Shown: positions 1-13,499 of the stretch, piece by piece | Position numbering within the stretch: the stretch's first letter is position 1 | Layout of the letters: each line of letters opens with the position of its first letter | Source of the DNA: Felis catus | Lineage: Eukaryota | Direction of reading: 5' to 3' | Length of the DNA: 64,000 nucleotides | Assembly (NCBI RefSeq): GCF_018350175.1 | Contig: NC_058368.1 | Location: 14,882,001 to 14,946,000, forward strand | The notes under the pieces: model-generated | Told to the model about the DNA's origin: nothing | What the model saw: only the letters and a program-made list of their open reading frames with translations | The model's database searches: none | Made by a program: the position numbers and the translations under genes

Positions 1-1017
1 TTTAGTACTTAGAATATTATTGAGAGAATTTTCCCTATGCCCTTGATTACATGTGTTTCCTTTCACTAAAAATGCAGATAGTACATATTCAAATGGATAT
101 ATTCTAGAACATTATAGAACCAATTGTTTGTTTCTGGATTTTAAATTTAACTTGAGGTATGCGTAGTATCTTCTTATCTAATTGGCATGTAAATTTACTC
201 TCACTTTGCATTTTCTATGTACTCCACCAAAAATGAGCTGCATATTTCCATGATTAATGTCAAGGCACCTTCTGAATTAATTTCTTTCTATCATTTTCTC
301 AAATATTTTAATTAAGCTGCTTCTTTATCATCTCAGATTGTGTTTTTAGCTATCATAAGAATTGATAAGATGATTTCCTTGATTAAAAGCCAACTGTTCT
401 GTATTCTGAAAGTCCAGACCCATACAGTAAACAGAACTCAGTTTTCAAATATCTTGGCCACTGTCATCTTAAGCTTTGAAGCTTTCTACTGAAATATTCT
501 CTTTTTCTATCCCAAATGCCAGGTCCAAAAAAGGTGTAACTGATAGATTAACAGATAATTATCCTGAGTCTTATCAAAGTATTGAGTCAACCTATTTCTT
601 TGCTTTCCTACACAGTATATATCCATCTCTAAAGTATGCATCTATTCATTTAAATTTATGTAATAAAATCTCACTTCTTTGTTCACATTGTACTCCTTTT
701 TCATAGCTCTAAAGCATTCATGCACCTGACAGCAGTTCCCAAAATTCCAAACATGGTTAATGAAGTTTCATGTACAAATTGGGTCTATATTAAGCTAGAG
801 ATTTTCCTTTTCTACCTATTTCTTAACATTCCTCTTATTCAGTGCCTCCTCTTTAATAATATACAAGGGCAACTATGAAAAGAATTAATGTAAGAAGTAT
901 CTAGTTTTAAAAGCCACTGAAAGGCACATTGTATTCTTTAGCACCCAATATATGGCTTATAGTTTTACCCAATAAACCATTACTGAATAACTTACATAAA
1001 AGATGACCACAATCTTT

Positions 1018-1236
1018 TTTCCTTCTTTTTAAAATTTTTAAAAATATTCTTTCATTTTTGAGAGACAGAGAGTAAGTGGGAGAGGGGCAGAGAAAGAGGG
1101 AGACACAGAATCCAAAGCAGGCTCCGGGCTCTGAGCTGTCAGCACAGAGCCGAACGCGGGGTTCAAACTCACAGACAGTGAGATCATGACCTGAGCTGAA
1201 GTCGGATGCTCAACCAAGTGAGCACCCAGGTGCCTC
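1018..1236 (-). mobile_element. Carnivore tRNA-derived SINE (SINEC/CanSINE, felid type)
   Basis: Reverse complement has the GAGGCACCTGGGTG head, (CT)n region and A-rich tail; TSD AAAGAT(G/T)ACCACAATCTTT at 999-1017 and 1237-1255. Confidence 0.95.
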
Positions 1237-2575
1237 AAAGATTACCACAATCTTTATGTTGAGATAATCATGAGAAGAGGCATTGAGTTAAATACGGATA
1301 TGGTGAGGAAGCATTTCTGGAATGATTCTTCCATAAAAAAGAAAAACAGTAATAACAAAAATGATCAAAATCAACTTTTTCCCAGAAGTGTGGAAATGAA
1401 CCAAAGACTTGCAGGATTAAGGAGCATTTGTTAAAGAAAATGGCTGACTCTCAGGAAGAAATGAGAGCTTTACGGCATTTTTCTTGCCCTATTCTCATCC
1501 AATTCCCCCCCAGGTCAACTGAGAAGATTCAGTATAAGGAGTAGAAAGGAAAAAAGAATGAAACAAAATGAACAGAGTCTCAGCAACGTAGAGTATATAG
1601 CAAGCATACCAACATACACATAATAGGAGCCTGAGAAAAAAAGGGAGACAGGGACAGAGAAAATATTTGAAAAAATAAGGGCTAAAAATTCCCAAATTGA
1701 TGAAAAGCTTAGATATGCATATTCAAGAAGCTCAATAAACCCCAACTAGAACATAATCAAGAAGATCAACATCTAGACATATCACAGTCAAACTGGCAAA
1801 AGCCAAACACAAAGACAGAATTGAAAGCAGCAAGAAAAAAGTGACTCATCATATAACAGGGACCCTAAATAAGATTAACATTTCATCAGAAACAATGGAG
1901 ACCAGAAGTCAGTGGGATGACATATTCAGAGTGTTGACAAAGACTGTCAACTTAAGACAGTCTCTATATCTGGCAAACTATCCTTCAAAAACAAAAAGAG
2001 ATACATAAAAACAGAGAATCTATCACTAGTAGCCATGCTCTAAAAAAATACTAAGAAAGTCCTTCAGACTGAAATGAAAGAACCTAAGACATTAATTCAA
2101 ATCCACAAGAAGAAATAATAAGCACCAGCAAAGGTAATTAAGTACATAGTTAAATATAAAAGTAGATAAAAAAAAAGAAAATAGAAAGGTATTTTTGTTT
2201 ATAACACTTTTCTTCTACCTGAATCAAAATATAACTGCATAAGCAATGATTATAAAACTGCCTTGATGAGGTTAATATGTATAAAGGTGTAATTTGTATG
2301 ACAATAATAGCACAAAGGCAGGAACAGGGAAAGAGCTATATTGAAGTGAAATTTCTTTATAGTATTCAAACTAAGCAGGCATTATACCAAGCTAGATTTT
2401 TTTAAGTTAAAATAAGTGTATTCCTTGGGGCAGCCACTATAAAGATGGCTAAAAGTACAATTTAAAAAAATGAGGAAATTAAAAGGATTTACTAGAAAAT
2501 ATCTATTTCACACAAAAGAAGGGAGTAATGGACTAATAGAATCCAAAAATGCAATTTATATATTTAAAAATAGTA

Positions 2576-4093
2576 AAGGCCCCGAATAGCCAAAGGAATT
2601 TTGAAGAAGAAGACCAAAGCAGGAGGCATCACAATCCCAGACTTTAGCCTCTACTACAAAGCTGTCATCATCAAGACAGCATGGTATTGGCACAAAAACA
2701 GACACATAGACCAATGGAATAGAATAGAAACCCCAGAACTAGACCCACAAACGTATGGCCAACTCATCTTTGACAAAGCAGGAAAGAACATCCAATGGAA
2801 AAAAGACAGCCTCTTTAACAAATGGTGCTGGGAGAACTGGACAGCAACATGCAGAAGGTTGAAACTAGACCACTTTCTCACACCATTCACAAAAATAAAC
2901 TCCAAATGGATAAAGGACCTAAATGTGAGACAGGAAACCATCAAAACCTTAGAGGAGAAAGCAGGAAAAGACCTCTCTGACCTCAGTCGTAGCAATCTCT
3001 TACTCGACACATCCCCAAAGGCAAGGGAATTAAAAGCAAAAGTGAATTACTGGGACCTTATGAAGATAAAAAGCTTCTGCACAGCAAAGGAAACAACCAA
3101 CAAAACTAAAAGGCAACCAACGGAATGGGAAAAGATATTCGCAAATGACATATCGGACAAAGGGCTAGTATCCAAAATCTATAAAGAGCTCACCAAACTC
3201 CACACCCGAAAAACAAATAACCCAGTGAAGAAATGGGCAGAAAACATGAATAGACACTTCTCTAAAGAAGACATCCGGATGGCCAACAGGCACATGAAAA
3301 GATGTTCAGCGTCACTCCTCATCAGGGAAATACAAATCAAAACCACACTCAGGTATCACCTCATGCCAGTCAGAGTGGCCAAAATGAACAAATCAGGAGA
3401 CTCTAGATGCTGGAGAGGATGTGGAGAAATGGGAACCCTCTTGCACTGTTGGTGGGAATGCAAATTGGTGCAGCCGCTCTGGAAAGCAGTGTGGAGGTTC
3501 CTCAGAAAATTAAAAATAGACCTACCCTATGACCCAGCAATAGCACTGCTAGGAATTTATCCAAGGGATACAGGAGTACTGATGCATAGGGCCACTTGTA
3601 CCCCAATGTTCATAGCAGCACTCTCAACAATAGCCAAATTATGGAAAGAGCCTAAATGTCCATCAACTGATGAATGGATAAAGAAATTGTGGTTTATATA
3701 CACAATGGAATATTACATGGCAATGAGAAAAAATGAAATATGGCCTTTTGTAGCAACGTGGATGGAACTGGAGAGTGTGATGCTAAGTGAAATAAGCCAT
3801 ACAGAGAAAGACAGATACCATATGGTTTCACTCTTATGTGGACCCTGAGAAACTTAACAGGAACCCATGGGGGAGGGGAAGGAAAAAAAAAAAAAAAAAG
3901 GTTAGAGTGGGAGAGAGCCAAAGCATAAGAGACTGTTAAAAACTGAGAACAAACTGAGGGTTGATGGGGGGTGGGAGGGAGGAGAGGGTGGGTGATGGGT
4001 ATTGAGGAGGGCACCTTTTGGGATGAGCACTGGGTGTTGTATGGAAACCAATTTGTCAATAAATTTCATATAAAAAAATAAATAAATAAAAAT
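2576..4093 (+). mobile_element. Young 5'-truncated felid LINE-1 (L1_Fc-like), ~1.5 kb
   Basis: Uninterrupted ORF2 C-terminal frame, G-rich 3' UTR, AATAAA and A-rich tail; TSD AAAAATAGTA at 2566-2575 and 4094-4103 at a TTT/AAAA endonuclease site. Confidence 0.97.
2601..3848 (+). pseudogene. LINE-1 ORF2p C-terminal fragment (415 codons, no EN or RT core), includes the Cys-rich CCHC knuckle
   Basis: [53 protein letters not shown] and [14 protein letters not shown] are typical ORF2p motifs; the frame starts at the truncation, not at an ATG. Confidence 0.95.
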
Positions 4094-5005
4094 AAAAATA
4101 GTAGACACAATACTATTTTATCAGTAATCATATTAAATGTGATTGGACAAAATATTCCAATCAAAAATCAGAGATTGGCAGAATGAATAATAAAAAAAGA
4201 TCCAGCTATATACTCTCTACAAAGTACATATTTTAAGGTCAAAGACATGGAAAAGTTTGAAAGTAAAAGAATAAGAAAAGATACAACATACCAACAGTAA
4301 CTAAAAGAAAGCTGGGGTGGCATTACTAATATCAGACAAAATAAACTTTAAGAGAAAAATTTTTCCTACAGCCAAAGAAGGACATTTTATAATGATAAAA
4401 GGGTCAATCCACCAAGAAGATATGACAATTATAAACATACATGCACCTAACACTAGAGCCCCAAACTACATGAAGCAAACATGAACAGAATCGAAGGCAG
4501 CAATAGACAATTCAACAATAAAAGTTGGAGATTTCAATACTCCACTTTCAATAATGGATAGAACTAGACAGAAAATAAAAAAGGAAATAGAAAACTTGAA
4601 AACTATAGAAGTTAGACCTAATAGACTACACATACATTACATTCCACCTAACAAAAGTAGAATAAACATATATGGACATGGAACATTCTCCAGGATAGCT
4701 AGGCCATAAAGCAAGTCTCAACAAGTTTAAAAGGACTGAAATCATACAAAGTAGTTTCTCTGATCGCATTGGAATGATATTTAAAAATTAATTAAGAAGG
4801 AACATTGGGAAATTTACACATATGTGGAAAATAAAACAATTCATTCCTAAATAACCAAAGAGTCAAAGGTAAAATCACAATGGAAATTAGAAAATAGTTC
4901 AAGAATGAAAATGGTAACACAATACAAACCTATGGGATGGAACCCATCCCATAGTGGATGGTCATTGATTTGAGATTTTTCTTCTTTTTTAAGTATAGGG
5001 TTCCA

Positions 5006-5077
5006 AACCTGTGAGATCATGACCTGAGCCAAAATCAAGAGTTAGACATTTAACTGACTGAGCCATCCAGGCACCCC
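5006..5077 (-). mobile_element. SINEC 5' half only (head and B-box region)
   Basis: Reverse complement GGGGTGCCTGGATGGCTCAGTCAGTTAAATGTCTAACTCTTGATTTTGGCTCAGGTCATGATCTCACAGG; the 3' half is missing. Confidence 0.88.
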
Positions 5078-6032
5078 AGAAGTCTCAAATTTCTAAGTCA
5101 TCACTTCCAACCTGGCAGAAATAAAAAAGATTATAAGGGAATACTAAAAAACAGTTTTATGCCAATAAATTAGATAAGCTAGATGAAATGCACAAATTCC
5201 TAGAAAACACAAACTACCGAACAAATAGAAATTCTAATTAAATGGCATTAATTTTTAGTTAGACATTTAAAGAATCAACACTAATCCCTCATAAACTCTT
5301 ACAAAAAATTGAAGAGAAGGAAGCACTTCGCAACTTATTCTATGAGCCAGTAATACCTTGATCACAAAACAAGACATAGATATCACAAGAAAAGAAAACT
5401 ACAAACTAATATATCTTGTGAATATAAATATGATAATGCTCAACAAAATACTAGCAAACTGAATCCAGCAACATATAAAAAGGATTGTAAACCATGACCA
5501 AGTGGGATTATGCCCAGGAAAGCAAAACTGGATTAATATCCAAGTATCAATGAATATACTACCAAATTAATAGGATAAAGGGAAAAAAAACCTACCTGAT
5601 CATTTCAATATATGTAGGAAAAAACGCATTTGACAGACTCTAACACGTTTCCATGACAAATATGTTAAAGGAAGAAAAGGACTAGAAGGGACTTTTCACA
5701 ACCTAATAAAGGAGCATCTACCAAAAACCCACTAAGAACATCATACTTATTAGTGAAAGACTGATAGCTTTCCCACTAAGAGCAGGAACACAACAAAGAT
5801 GTCTGCTCTTGCCATTTCTATTTAGTTGTTCGGAAGTTCCATCCAGACCAATTAGAAAACAAAAAGATATGAAGGGCATCCCGATTGGAAAGGAAGAAAT
5901 GTAACTCCATTTGTAGATGACATAATTTTGTACATAGAAAATCCTACATCAAAAATCAACTGTGTTTCTCTAAACTGGCAATAAACAATCCAAAACTTAA
6001 TTTAGGGTAACAATCCCATTTACAATGACACC

Positions 6033-6093
6033 AAAATAAAATAAAATAAAATAAAATAAAATAAAATAAAATAAAATAAAATAAAATAAAATA
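6033..6093 (+). repeat. (AAAAT)n pentanucleotide microsatellite inside the old L1
   Basis: About 12 perfect AAAAT units. Confidence 0.95.
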
Positions 6094-7505
6094 AGATACT
6101 TAGGAGTAAATTAAACCAAAGAAGGGTAATATGTGTACAATGAAAATTACAAAACATATTCAAAAGAAACTGAGGAAAGCCTAGATAAGTGCAGACATCC
6201 TGCATTCATGGATTTGAAGACCTACTATTGCTAAGATAGCAATACCCCCTCAGACTGATCTACAGACACACTACAATCCCCATAAACCTGTCTCTCTTTT
6301 CTTTTTGCAGACATTTCAAATAGATGCTAAAATCCTTATGGAAATATAAGGAACCTAGACTAGCCAAAACAATCTTGAAAAACGATAATAAAATTGGAGA
6401 CTCAGACCTCTAAATTTCACAACTTACTACAAAACTATAACAATCAAGACAGTATACAGAGACATAAGGAGACACATATAGATCAATGGAATAGAATTGA
6501 AAATCAGGAAATAAACCCATATATTTATGGTCAATTGATTTTGGTAAGAGTCCTGAGACAATTAAATGGGGGAAAAATAATAGTCTTTTCAACAAATGGT
6601 TCTGAACAACTAGACATCCACATGTAAAAGAATGGAGGTACATGCCCAAGAGAATTGAAAATCCATGGCCATAAGAAAAAAATATTCATGGTAGTATAAG
6701 TCATAATAGACAAAAGGTAGAATCAATCCAAATGTCCATCAATTGATTAGTGGATAAACAAAATGAATTTATCCAAGAGAATATTATTCAGCCACAAAAA
6801 ATGAAGCATAGATATAGACTATAACCTGAATGAACTGTGAAAACATTATGCCACATAAAAGAACCCAAAAGGCCACATACTGCATAGTTCCATTTATATA
6901 AAATGTCCAACGAAGAAAAAGTGTAATGTGTATTTGGTCGAGCTAAAGCAGAGCTCATGCTAAGGATGATAAAGGGAGAAGTATGGGAAAAATAGGTGGG
7001 GACAAGCTTTAAACACCATGATTAAGAACTTTTGATATTGTTCTGGAGAAAAACTGAGAGGTTTTTAAAAAATCAAAAGCTACATGATCTAATCTGCATT
7101 TCCAAGAACATCATGGAGATCTGGCAGTAACATGGAGATCAAGGGAGACAATTCTTACAATTTGAAAATCTAAATCAGAGAAGATTAGGGCCTGAGCTAG
7201 CATGGTAGCAGACCCAAGGGGAAAAGGAATGAATTGGGAATTGTAGGTTTCCTTTTGTAGATTCTTATCAATTTCATTTGATCAGTAAATTTAGCTAAAT
7301 TTAAGCACATTTAAATGAAACTGTGATGTTACCTATACATCTTTTTATTTACATATCTGATTACAAATAAAACATGAAGCCTATTAGATTGTGCTTGTGA
7401 ATTAGGTATTTTGAGAATTCTCTGATGCTTCTATCACTGGGCAGGAAATAATGTGCTGGTTCGGCACTATCCAAATTAGAAAGAACCTGACATTTGTGAG
7501 CTGTC

Positions 7506-7516
7506 TGTGTGTGTGT

Positions 7517-7554
<38 letters not shown>

Positions 7555-7558
7555 GTCT
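7506..7558. repeat. Compound (TG)n(TC)n microsatellite
   Basis: Seen directly. Confidence 0.95.
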
Positions 7559-9029
7559 AAATATGCCTAGAGCCATAAATACTGAATACAAGCCATGCAA
7601 AAAACTGTATTCAAATATGTCAAGAACTTCACATGAACAAAGACTTTCTATAATATAATGCAAAACAATAACTTAGCCCACATCCAATTCCACATATTTG
7701 GATATTGCACAATGAGATTTCACTATATACAATCACATAATATATTTATTGGTAAAGAAAGAAAAAGTTTGTAGTCAATTCTTCATTAGCAGATCGATAT
7801 TATATCTGAGATATTCACTTTCAAAACTATGGATACATTCTAAAGATGAGTCCTTTACTTTGTACCACATCAATGTTTGTTTGAAATACATTTTATGATG
7901 AATTTATTAAATGGAGTCAGTTCTGCAAGAAATTTAAACCTTGTTTAATTGCTTCTTGAGGGCTGTGGGAACATCTGAATTCACATATTATAGTAAGATT
8001 TGATTACTTTGGGCAAATATTTTTGCACTGCTTTGGGTGCATCTTTTGCTGACAATAAACTAGCTTCCTTGGAAATGAAACTACTCAAAATTCTGTATAA
8101 GCAGGAATATCCTTAGTCAACAGCTTCTCAGGCATTATAACAAACTAGGACAATTTGCTTGATTGTCAGAAATAATATATTACCTTATAACATATTAATA
8201 TAATGTTAGAGAAAATACATTACCTTGCTTCATTAACCCCAAATAAGCTGTATTTATATAGAACCCTACCTATTGTTGGGATATCAAAATGAAATTTTAT
8301 TAAAAAACTTAAAAAAATATTAAAATTCTTTTACTGATTTTCTAATTTTATTCTGTCAAACACCAGCAAAACTAATAGGGCTAATATCTAAGGCTTCAAA
8401 CTATTTTCACACAGTGAGATTTTTTCACTGCACCATCATTCTTTGCGATAACATTAAATGTAATGAGATTGGACATGTATTGCTAAGGCATGACCTCGGA
8501 AATATTACAGAGGTTTGGATGAGTGCATTAATTTGACAGCTTCAACATGTGCCTATTGGGATGAATGTGCCAACTGCTGACCCTCCAGAACAATTACTGC
8601 AGTTCTGGGATCCATGTAGAGCAGGTAAGTTAAATATTTAAAGTCCCATAAATTTCTATATACGTAGAAAAATATTTCTCTACCTAATACATTGGCTGGG
8701 ACAATCAACCACCTTTTATTGATGGTTGTGGTAATTGGGATTCACATTTGAGGTTTAAATTAATTAAGTCGATGTTTTTAAAGACCTGTTTTCAATTTTC
8801 CAAGTTTTCTTAGATTATTATGAGATGTAATTTGCACTTCTTGTGGACCTACCCACTGACTATAAAAATCACTCAGTGGCTGTTTGTAATGGATTAACCA
8901 CATGTGATTCTGAACTTCTCTAAAATCCAACTGCATGGTGGAATTATTATTTAATGTTTAGTTATGTTCAAAACAGATACTTTGCTATGATACTCCAAAC
9001 AGCCCTAGTGGAGACGCCATGTTGGTCTT

Positions 9030-9420
9030 CTAAAATGCTGATCTGACCACATTACTCCTGGACTTAAATGCTCACTGGCTTCGCCTTGCTCCTTCACTGG
9101 GCCCATCACTATCTGGCCTTTACACCTCCAGCTGCCCCTGAGGGCCCCTGCTCACCCTGCTCCATCCACGATGCACTTCTCTATTCCCTCCATTTGTCTT
9201 GCTTCCTCTTGCCTTTGTACATCCTATTTGCCTGGTTTGGGAAGTGCTTACCTTCTCTTCACCTAGATGACACCTACCCTTTCTTCAGTCCTCAGCTCAA
9301 GAATCACTTTCCCGACCTCCCCTGGCCAGGTCACAACTCTCTATTGCACACTCTGACAGCACCAGTTTTCATAACATCGCTCACAGTGACAGTTATGCAT
9401 TTATTTGTGTGGCTATTTAA
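9030..9420 (+). mobile_element. LINE-2 3' fragment, old
   Basis: CT-rich L2-like text such as CTGACCACATTACTCCTG..CTTAAA and TTCTTCAGTCCTCAGCTCAA. Confidence 0.6.
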
Positions 9421-10014
9421 TGGATGTCAGCAGCCAAGGCAGCAGACTCAGGCGTGAGACGAAAGGAAGACCAATCAAGTGAGAAAAGCAAAGACAATTT
9501 ATCTTGGGCTTTCTATAGAAAAAAATGTCAGCCGTTGTCATTTGTGTTTGGGGAAGAAACTTCAAGGCAGGCTGAAGAATGGAAAAGCTTTAAAGTGGGC
9601 AAGGGTGGGGGGAAGGGAAGCTTTCTCTGATGAGAGGGTAGCTTTGGAATTTAACACTTCCTTTCAGAGAGGTATTTTCTCCTAAAAGTAAACAAACTAA
9701 GATACTATTCTCCTAATAGTGGAGCACTCTCCAGATTCAGTTTGCTTGAAAGAAACAGGAAACAGAAACAAAGTAAAAGACTTTGGGTCACTTAATAACT
9801 CTTAAATGTTTGAATATGAATTCTGATAGTTTGAGAGTACCGTTCTGACAAATACACTCTTTTGACCTGAATGAGATGCTACATTATTTTAAAAATCTAG
9901 TGATCGTTTAACACTCTACTTCAGTCAATAGAATAGGAGATGCCTCCTTTGGATGTATCCCACGTTCAAGCACTTATAACTCATTAAAGAGTTCCTGGCC
10001 TCTGCCGCATTTGT

Positions 10015-10200
10015 AGACCTGGGTCAATGCCTTAGTTCAGTGTTGTACTTAGCTGTGTTGTCTTGGGCAAGTTACTTAACCTTTCTGAACCACACCTGTA
10101 GAACCGGTCTGATCATTTTGTGTCCCAGGTTATTGTGGGGATTAAATAAAATTTAACAATTTGTGTAAGCACATGACAACACCTGGCACAGAAGACGCAT
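10015..10200 (+). mobile_element. MIR SINE
   Basis: Core TAGCTGTGTTGTCTTGGGCAAGTTACTTAACCTTTCTG and 3' CCTGGCACAGA. Confidence 0.8.
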
Positions 10201-10591
10201 TCAGACAGTATTTCCCCAATATGGAAAACGGGATGTAGCCATCACTAAACACATGAATGCCTAAAAATGGTACTTGAAATGCAAATTCTATTTAGCAATT
10301 CTTGTTTATCTGTTGTTTCCAATACACAATGTAGATAAACTCATAGCTAAAAATATAGTGGCCTCAAATAGAGCTGGGTCTCCTAACAGCTCTCTCTCAA
10401 TCCCACTCTCTTATGATTTTCTTTTTGTTATGATTGTGTCTCAAAATCAGGTTCTTTGAAACAATTGGGATTCTGCCTATATCTCAAGTAAAAGTAATAT
10501 GCAGTTGCTTGTTTCGTAGAGTCTAACGTTTAATATTAAAAGAACATTTAATTTACCTTGGCAGAGTGCTGATAAAAAAATTAAGCTAGTA

Positions 10592-10780
10592 GGGGCGCCT
10601 GAGTGGCTCAGTTGGTTAATTGTATGACTCTTGATTTCGGCTCAGGCCATGACCTCACAGTGTGTGAGGTCAAGCCCCCAGCTGGCCTCCCAGCTCACAG
10701 TGCAGAGCCTGTTTGGGATTCTCTCTCTCTCCCTCTCTCTCTGCCCCTCCCCCCTCTCAAAAATAACTAAATGAACATTA
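10592..10780 (+). mobile_element. SINEC
   Basis: GGGGCGCCTGAGTGGCTCAG head; degenerate TSD AAAAAAATT(A/G)AG(C/G)TAG. Confidence 0.95.
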
Positions 10781-10904
10781 AAAAAAATTGAGGTAGAAAA
10801 ACAGTATCAGACATACATATTCATTCAACAATATTGCCCGGTTCAGTGCCAGACACTGGGGAACGCAATGAAAAGACACCGCCAGGCCCAGTGGGAGACT
10901 GACA

Positions 10905-11290
10905 GACGTTGGCCAGAGCACATATAAAAACAGAACTCTCATGGGGCACCTGGGTGCCTCAGTCGGTTAAGCATTTGACTCTTGACTTTGGCTCAGGTCA
11001 CGATCTCACCGTTCATGAGATGGAGCCCCATGATGGGCTCCATACTAACCATGGAGGCTGCTTAGGATTCTCTCGCTCTCCCTCCGCCCCTCCCCCACTC
11101 ATGCTCGGAGGCTCTCTCTTTCTCTCTCTCAAAGTAAATAAACATTTTTAAAAAGCCATCAAAAACAGAACTCTGACCCTTAACCTGCAGCAGGCTACCC
11201 AGGAAACCAACCCCTGTTTCTGTAATAACGCAGCCAGCCTGTTAGAAGTCAGACCTACAAGACATCAGACTTCTATCCTTAGTAACAATT
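10905..11290 (+). mobile_element. ERV1-class LTR fragment (MER31-like), split by a SINE
   Basis: AAAAACAGAACTCTGACCCTTAACCTGCAGCAGGCTACCCAGGAAACCAA resembles the recalled MER31-group LTR; subfamily uncertain. Confidence 0.55.
10943..11160 (+). mobile_element. SINEC
   Basis: GGGGCACCTGGGTG head; perfect TSD AAAAACAGAACTCT at 10926-10939 and 11161-11174. Confidence 0.95.
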
Positions 11291-13499
11291 CTTTATATTT
11301 CTTTTCTCAAATTTTCTCCTTGCAATAATAGAGTGCAGGTCCCTGGAAAACTCACCGCCTAATCAGCTCATCCTATTCATTCATTCATGAGATCTTACCA
11401 CACCAATCTGCTTATAATACCCTGATAGTACCTTTTATTTCAGACCTCTGTGTCTTTGGAGGTACTGTTCCCTTAGCACTTTGAAGAAAGAACATTACCC
11501 TGTGTTCTGCAAGTATAACTCAAAAGCCATAGGACTTACTTCTAAACCACTTATGAATACAAATATGCTATGATCAATACAAAACAGTCACCCCCACACA
11601 TTCCCCAACACCACCATGATTGCTCAAACCTCATCTCTGGAGTTTTAGGCCTTCATAGCCTGGGCTCACTTCCTTAAAACTGTAAAGAGTGGCAATTCAT
11701 CAGCCTTTAAAACTGAATTTGACTTTGGAAAATAGCCAAAACCAAATTTGGCTATTTGCAAATTTGATTTCAGGTGTGTGATCAAACTGGATAGTCCCAT
11801 TTAGGCTAAAGGAATAAAAATACAGAAAAGTACTTGTGAGGCACAAGGATGGGCTGCAATTCTGATCACAAAAAAGGAGGACCTTCAAAATTATTTTGCT
11901 TTTGTATAACATGGCTGCAAGAAGCTTGAATTCTGCAGTGGTGATAGTTTCAAAGGATCAGGGCTCACTTAGATATATGTGTATGTGTATTATATATGAA
12001 TTACACATATATAGAATATGTATGATATGTATGTATGTATACACACACACACACATATCATCATCATCAAATTTGTTTTTAAAAAGTCAGACCAATGATC
12101 TTATTACCGCTAGACCCTAAATTACATCCTGGTAATAAATTTGATAATACAAGGAAGCTCCTATTCTTACTAGACAATTAAAAGTATCATTTGTTAAGTT
12201 GTAAAAATACATTTTGTCACCATGGTGTTATTTGGAGTGACATAAATAGATGATCATTTAACAGTGGGGTGCTGTAACTGGGTAGTATGAAACTGCATTG
12301 GATGAACCTTCTGTTTCCCCTGCAGTCTTTTGTTCTTGTTGAAATTTGTGGCTGTCACCTCACTCAGGGTAATGAACAGCTTTGCATGTGGCTTCTGCAG
12401 AGCCTGGCTGCTCTTCCTTTCTGAAAGAACCACCCTGCTGGCTCCCTGCCGGGCCCACCTGTTAGACATGAGGGGTTAGAAGCTGAGGATGAGTCTGGGT
12501 GAGCAGCCCAGCATGATAAGCACAAGTGGAAGAGAACCAAGCAGGGGACATGTCTAGGGGGGCAGACCCCTTCTCAACCACCAATTAGCCTTTCTCCCAC
12601 ACCTCTGGGTGGCTTGGAACCCGACCGTGGGTTGTCAACTAGAATTTAGGTACTATGTTTCTAAAAATCAGTTGCTAAATCCCAAGTATCTACCACTTCC
12701 ATAATCTGAAGATTCATATGATGACATTGAGCTGTGGCTCTCATAACTGCTTTGGCAACAAACCCCTCCCCCCCCCCCCCTCAGCTGGGCAGTGCTGAGG
12801 GATGTAGGCCGAATGGATTCCAGCTTGGCATTGTCACACTCCCAGGGATAAACAGTCGCCTTTCCCCACGTCCAGCGATCCCTTATCCGCATCAGGAAAG
12901 GAAAGTGGAGAAGGGGCTCCCCTCAGTTCAGCCCCACTGGGAGGACACCCTCTCAGCAAGCATGATGTTTTAATGCATTTTTGTCTCTACATTCTACTTC
13001 CTTTTGTCACACATGCAAGGTGTGAATTTGAGTGGCTAAAAGTTCCTTGGGTGACAGAGAATTCTTTTCAACTCATTAAGAATAATTCCTTGTAAAAAAA
13101 CAAAACAACAGCAACAAAAAAACCAAAAACCAAAAAAAAAAAACAAAAACAAAACACAACAAAACTGAAATGACTCATTTTCCTAAGGCAGTAGCTGGGG
13201 CCCGTGACAGGAGAGTGTGGATGGCTGAGAACTAAGTGTTTCCCAGAAGCAACAGGATTGATGAACACAACACGTTGTGTGCCAAACATATTCTGACTGA
13301 AGCAGGCAAACAGCAACTAAAGATTTCTTTCTTGGCCTACACACTTGCTTTTGAAATAGGAACCACTTAGAGGTATTTATACATGGTTTGCAATCAATCC
13401 AGGAGAAGCTTTTATGAATTTGAAATAATGTCCTACTGCAGTTTCACATCAGGTTAGTTATGGTGACCTCATTTTAATTGAGTAATTTTCGCCATTCGG

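Larger units (their letters stand above)
1290..6910 (+). mobile_element. Ancient eutherian LINE-1 (L1M/L1MB-like), heavily decayed: 5' region ~1290-1510, ORF1 3' part ~1515-2100, inter-ORF, ORF2 remnants ~4104-6630, 3' end to ~6910; interrupted by a young L1 and a SINE fragment
   Basis: ORF1-like AGAAGCTCAATAAACCCCA...ACATCTAGACATATCACAGTCAAAC; ORF2 endonuclease start (TCAGTAATCATATTAAATGTG, I-I-L-N-V) at ~4121; RT-region ATACTAGCAAACTGAATCCAGCAAC; ORF 6394-6627 [21 protein letters not shown]; many stops and deletions. Confidence 0.9.

Noticed and set aside
2654..4108. Minus-strand ORFs of 118, 121 and 68 aa (and similar ones at 39524-39936, 57282-57530)
   Set aside because: Antisense frames of L1 ORF2 and the 3' UTR.
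8540..8630. Plus-strand CAG|GTAAGT donor preceded by an open frame (LQHVPIGMNVPTADPPEQLLQFWDPCRA)
   Set aside because: The acceptor lacks a pyrimidine tract, the peptide is unrecognised and there are no partner exons.
9068..9457. 129-aa ATG ORF
   Set aside because: Overlaps a CT-rich L2 remnant; composition reflects the repeat.
10551..10590. Possible 12-nt minus-strand microexon (TTTTTTTATCAG|CACTCTGCCAAG|GTAAAT)
   Set aside because: The T-tract is part of a SINE target site, another AG lies close upstream, and such short motifs are common by chance.
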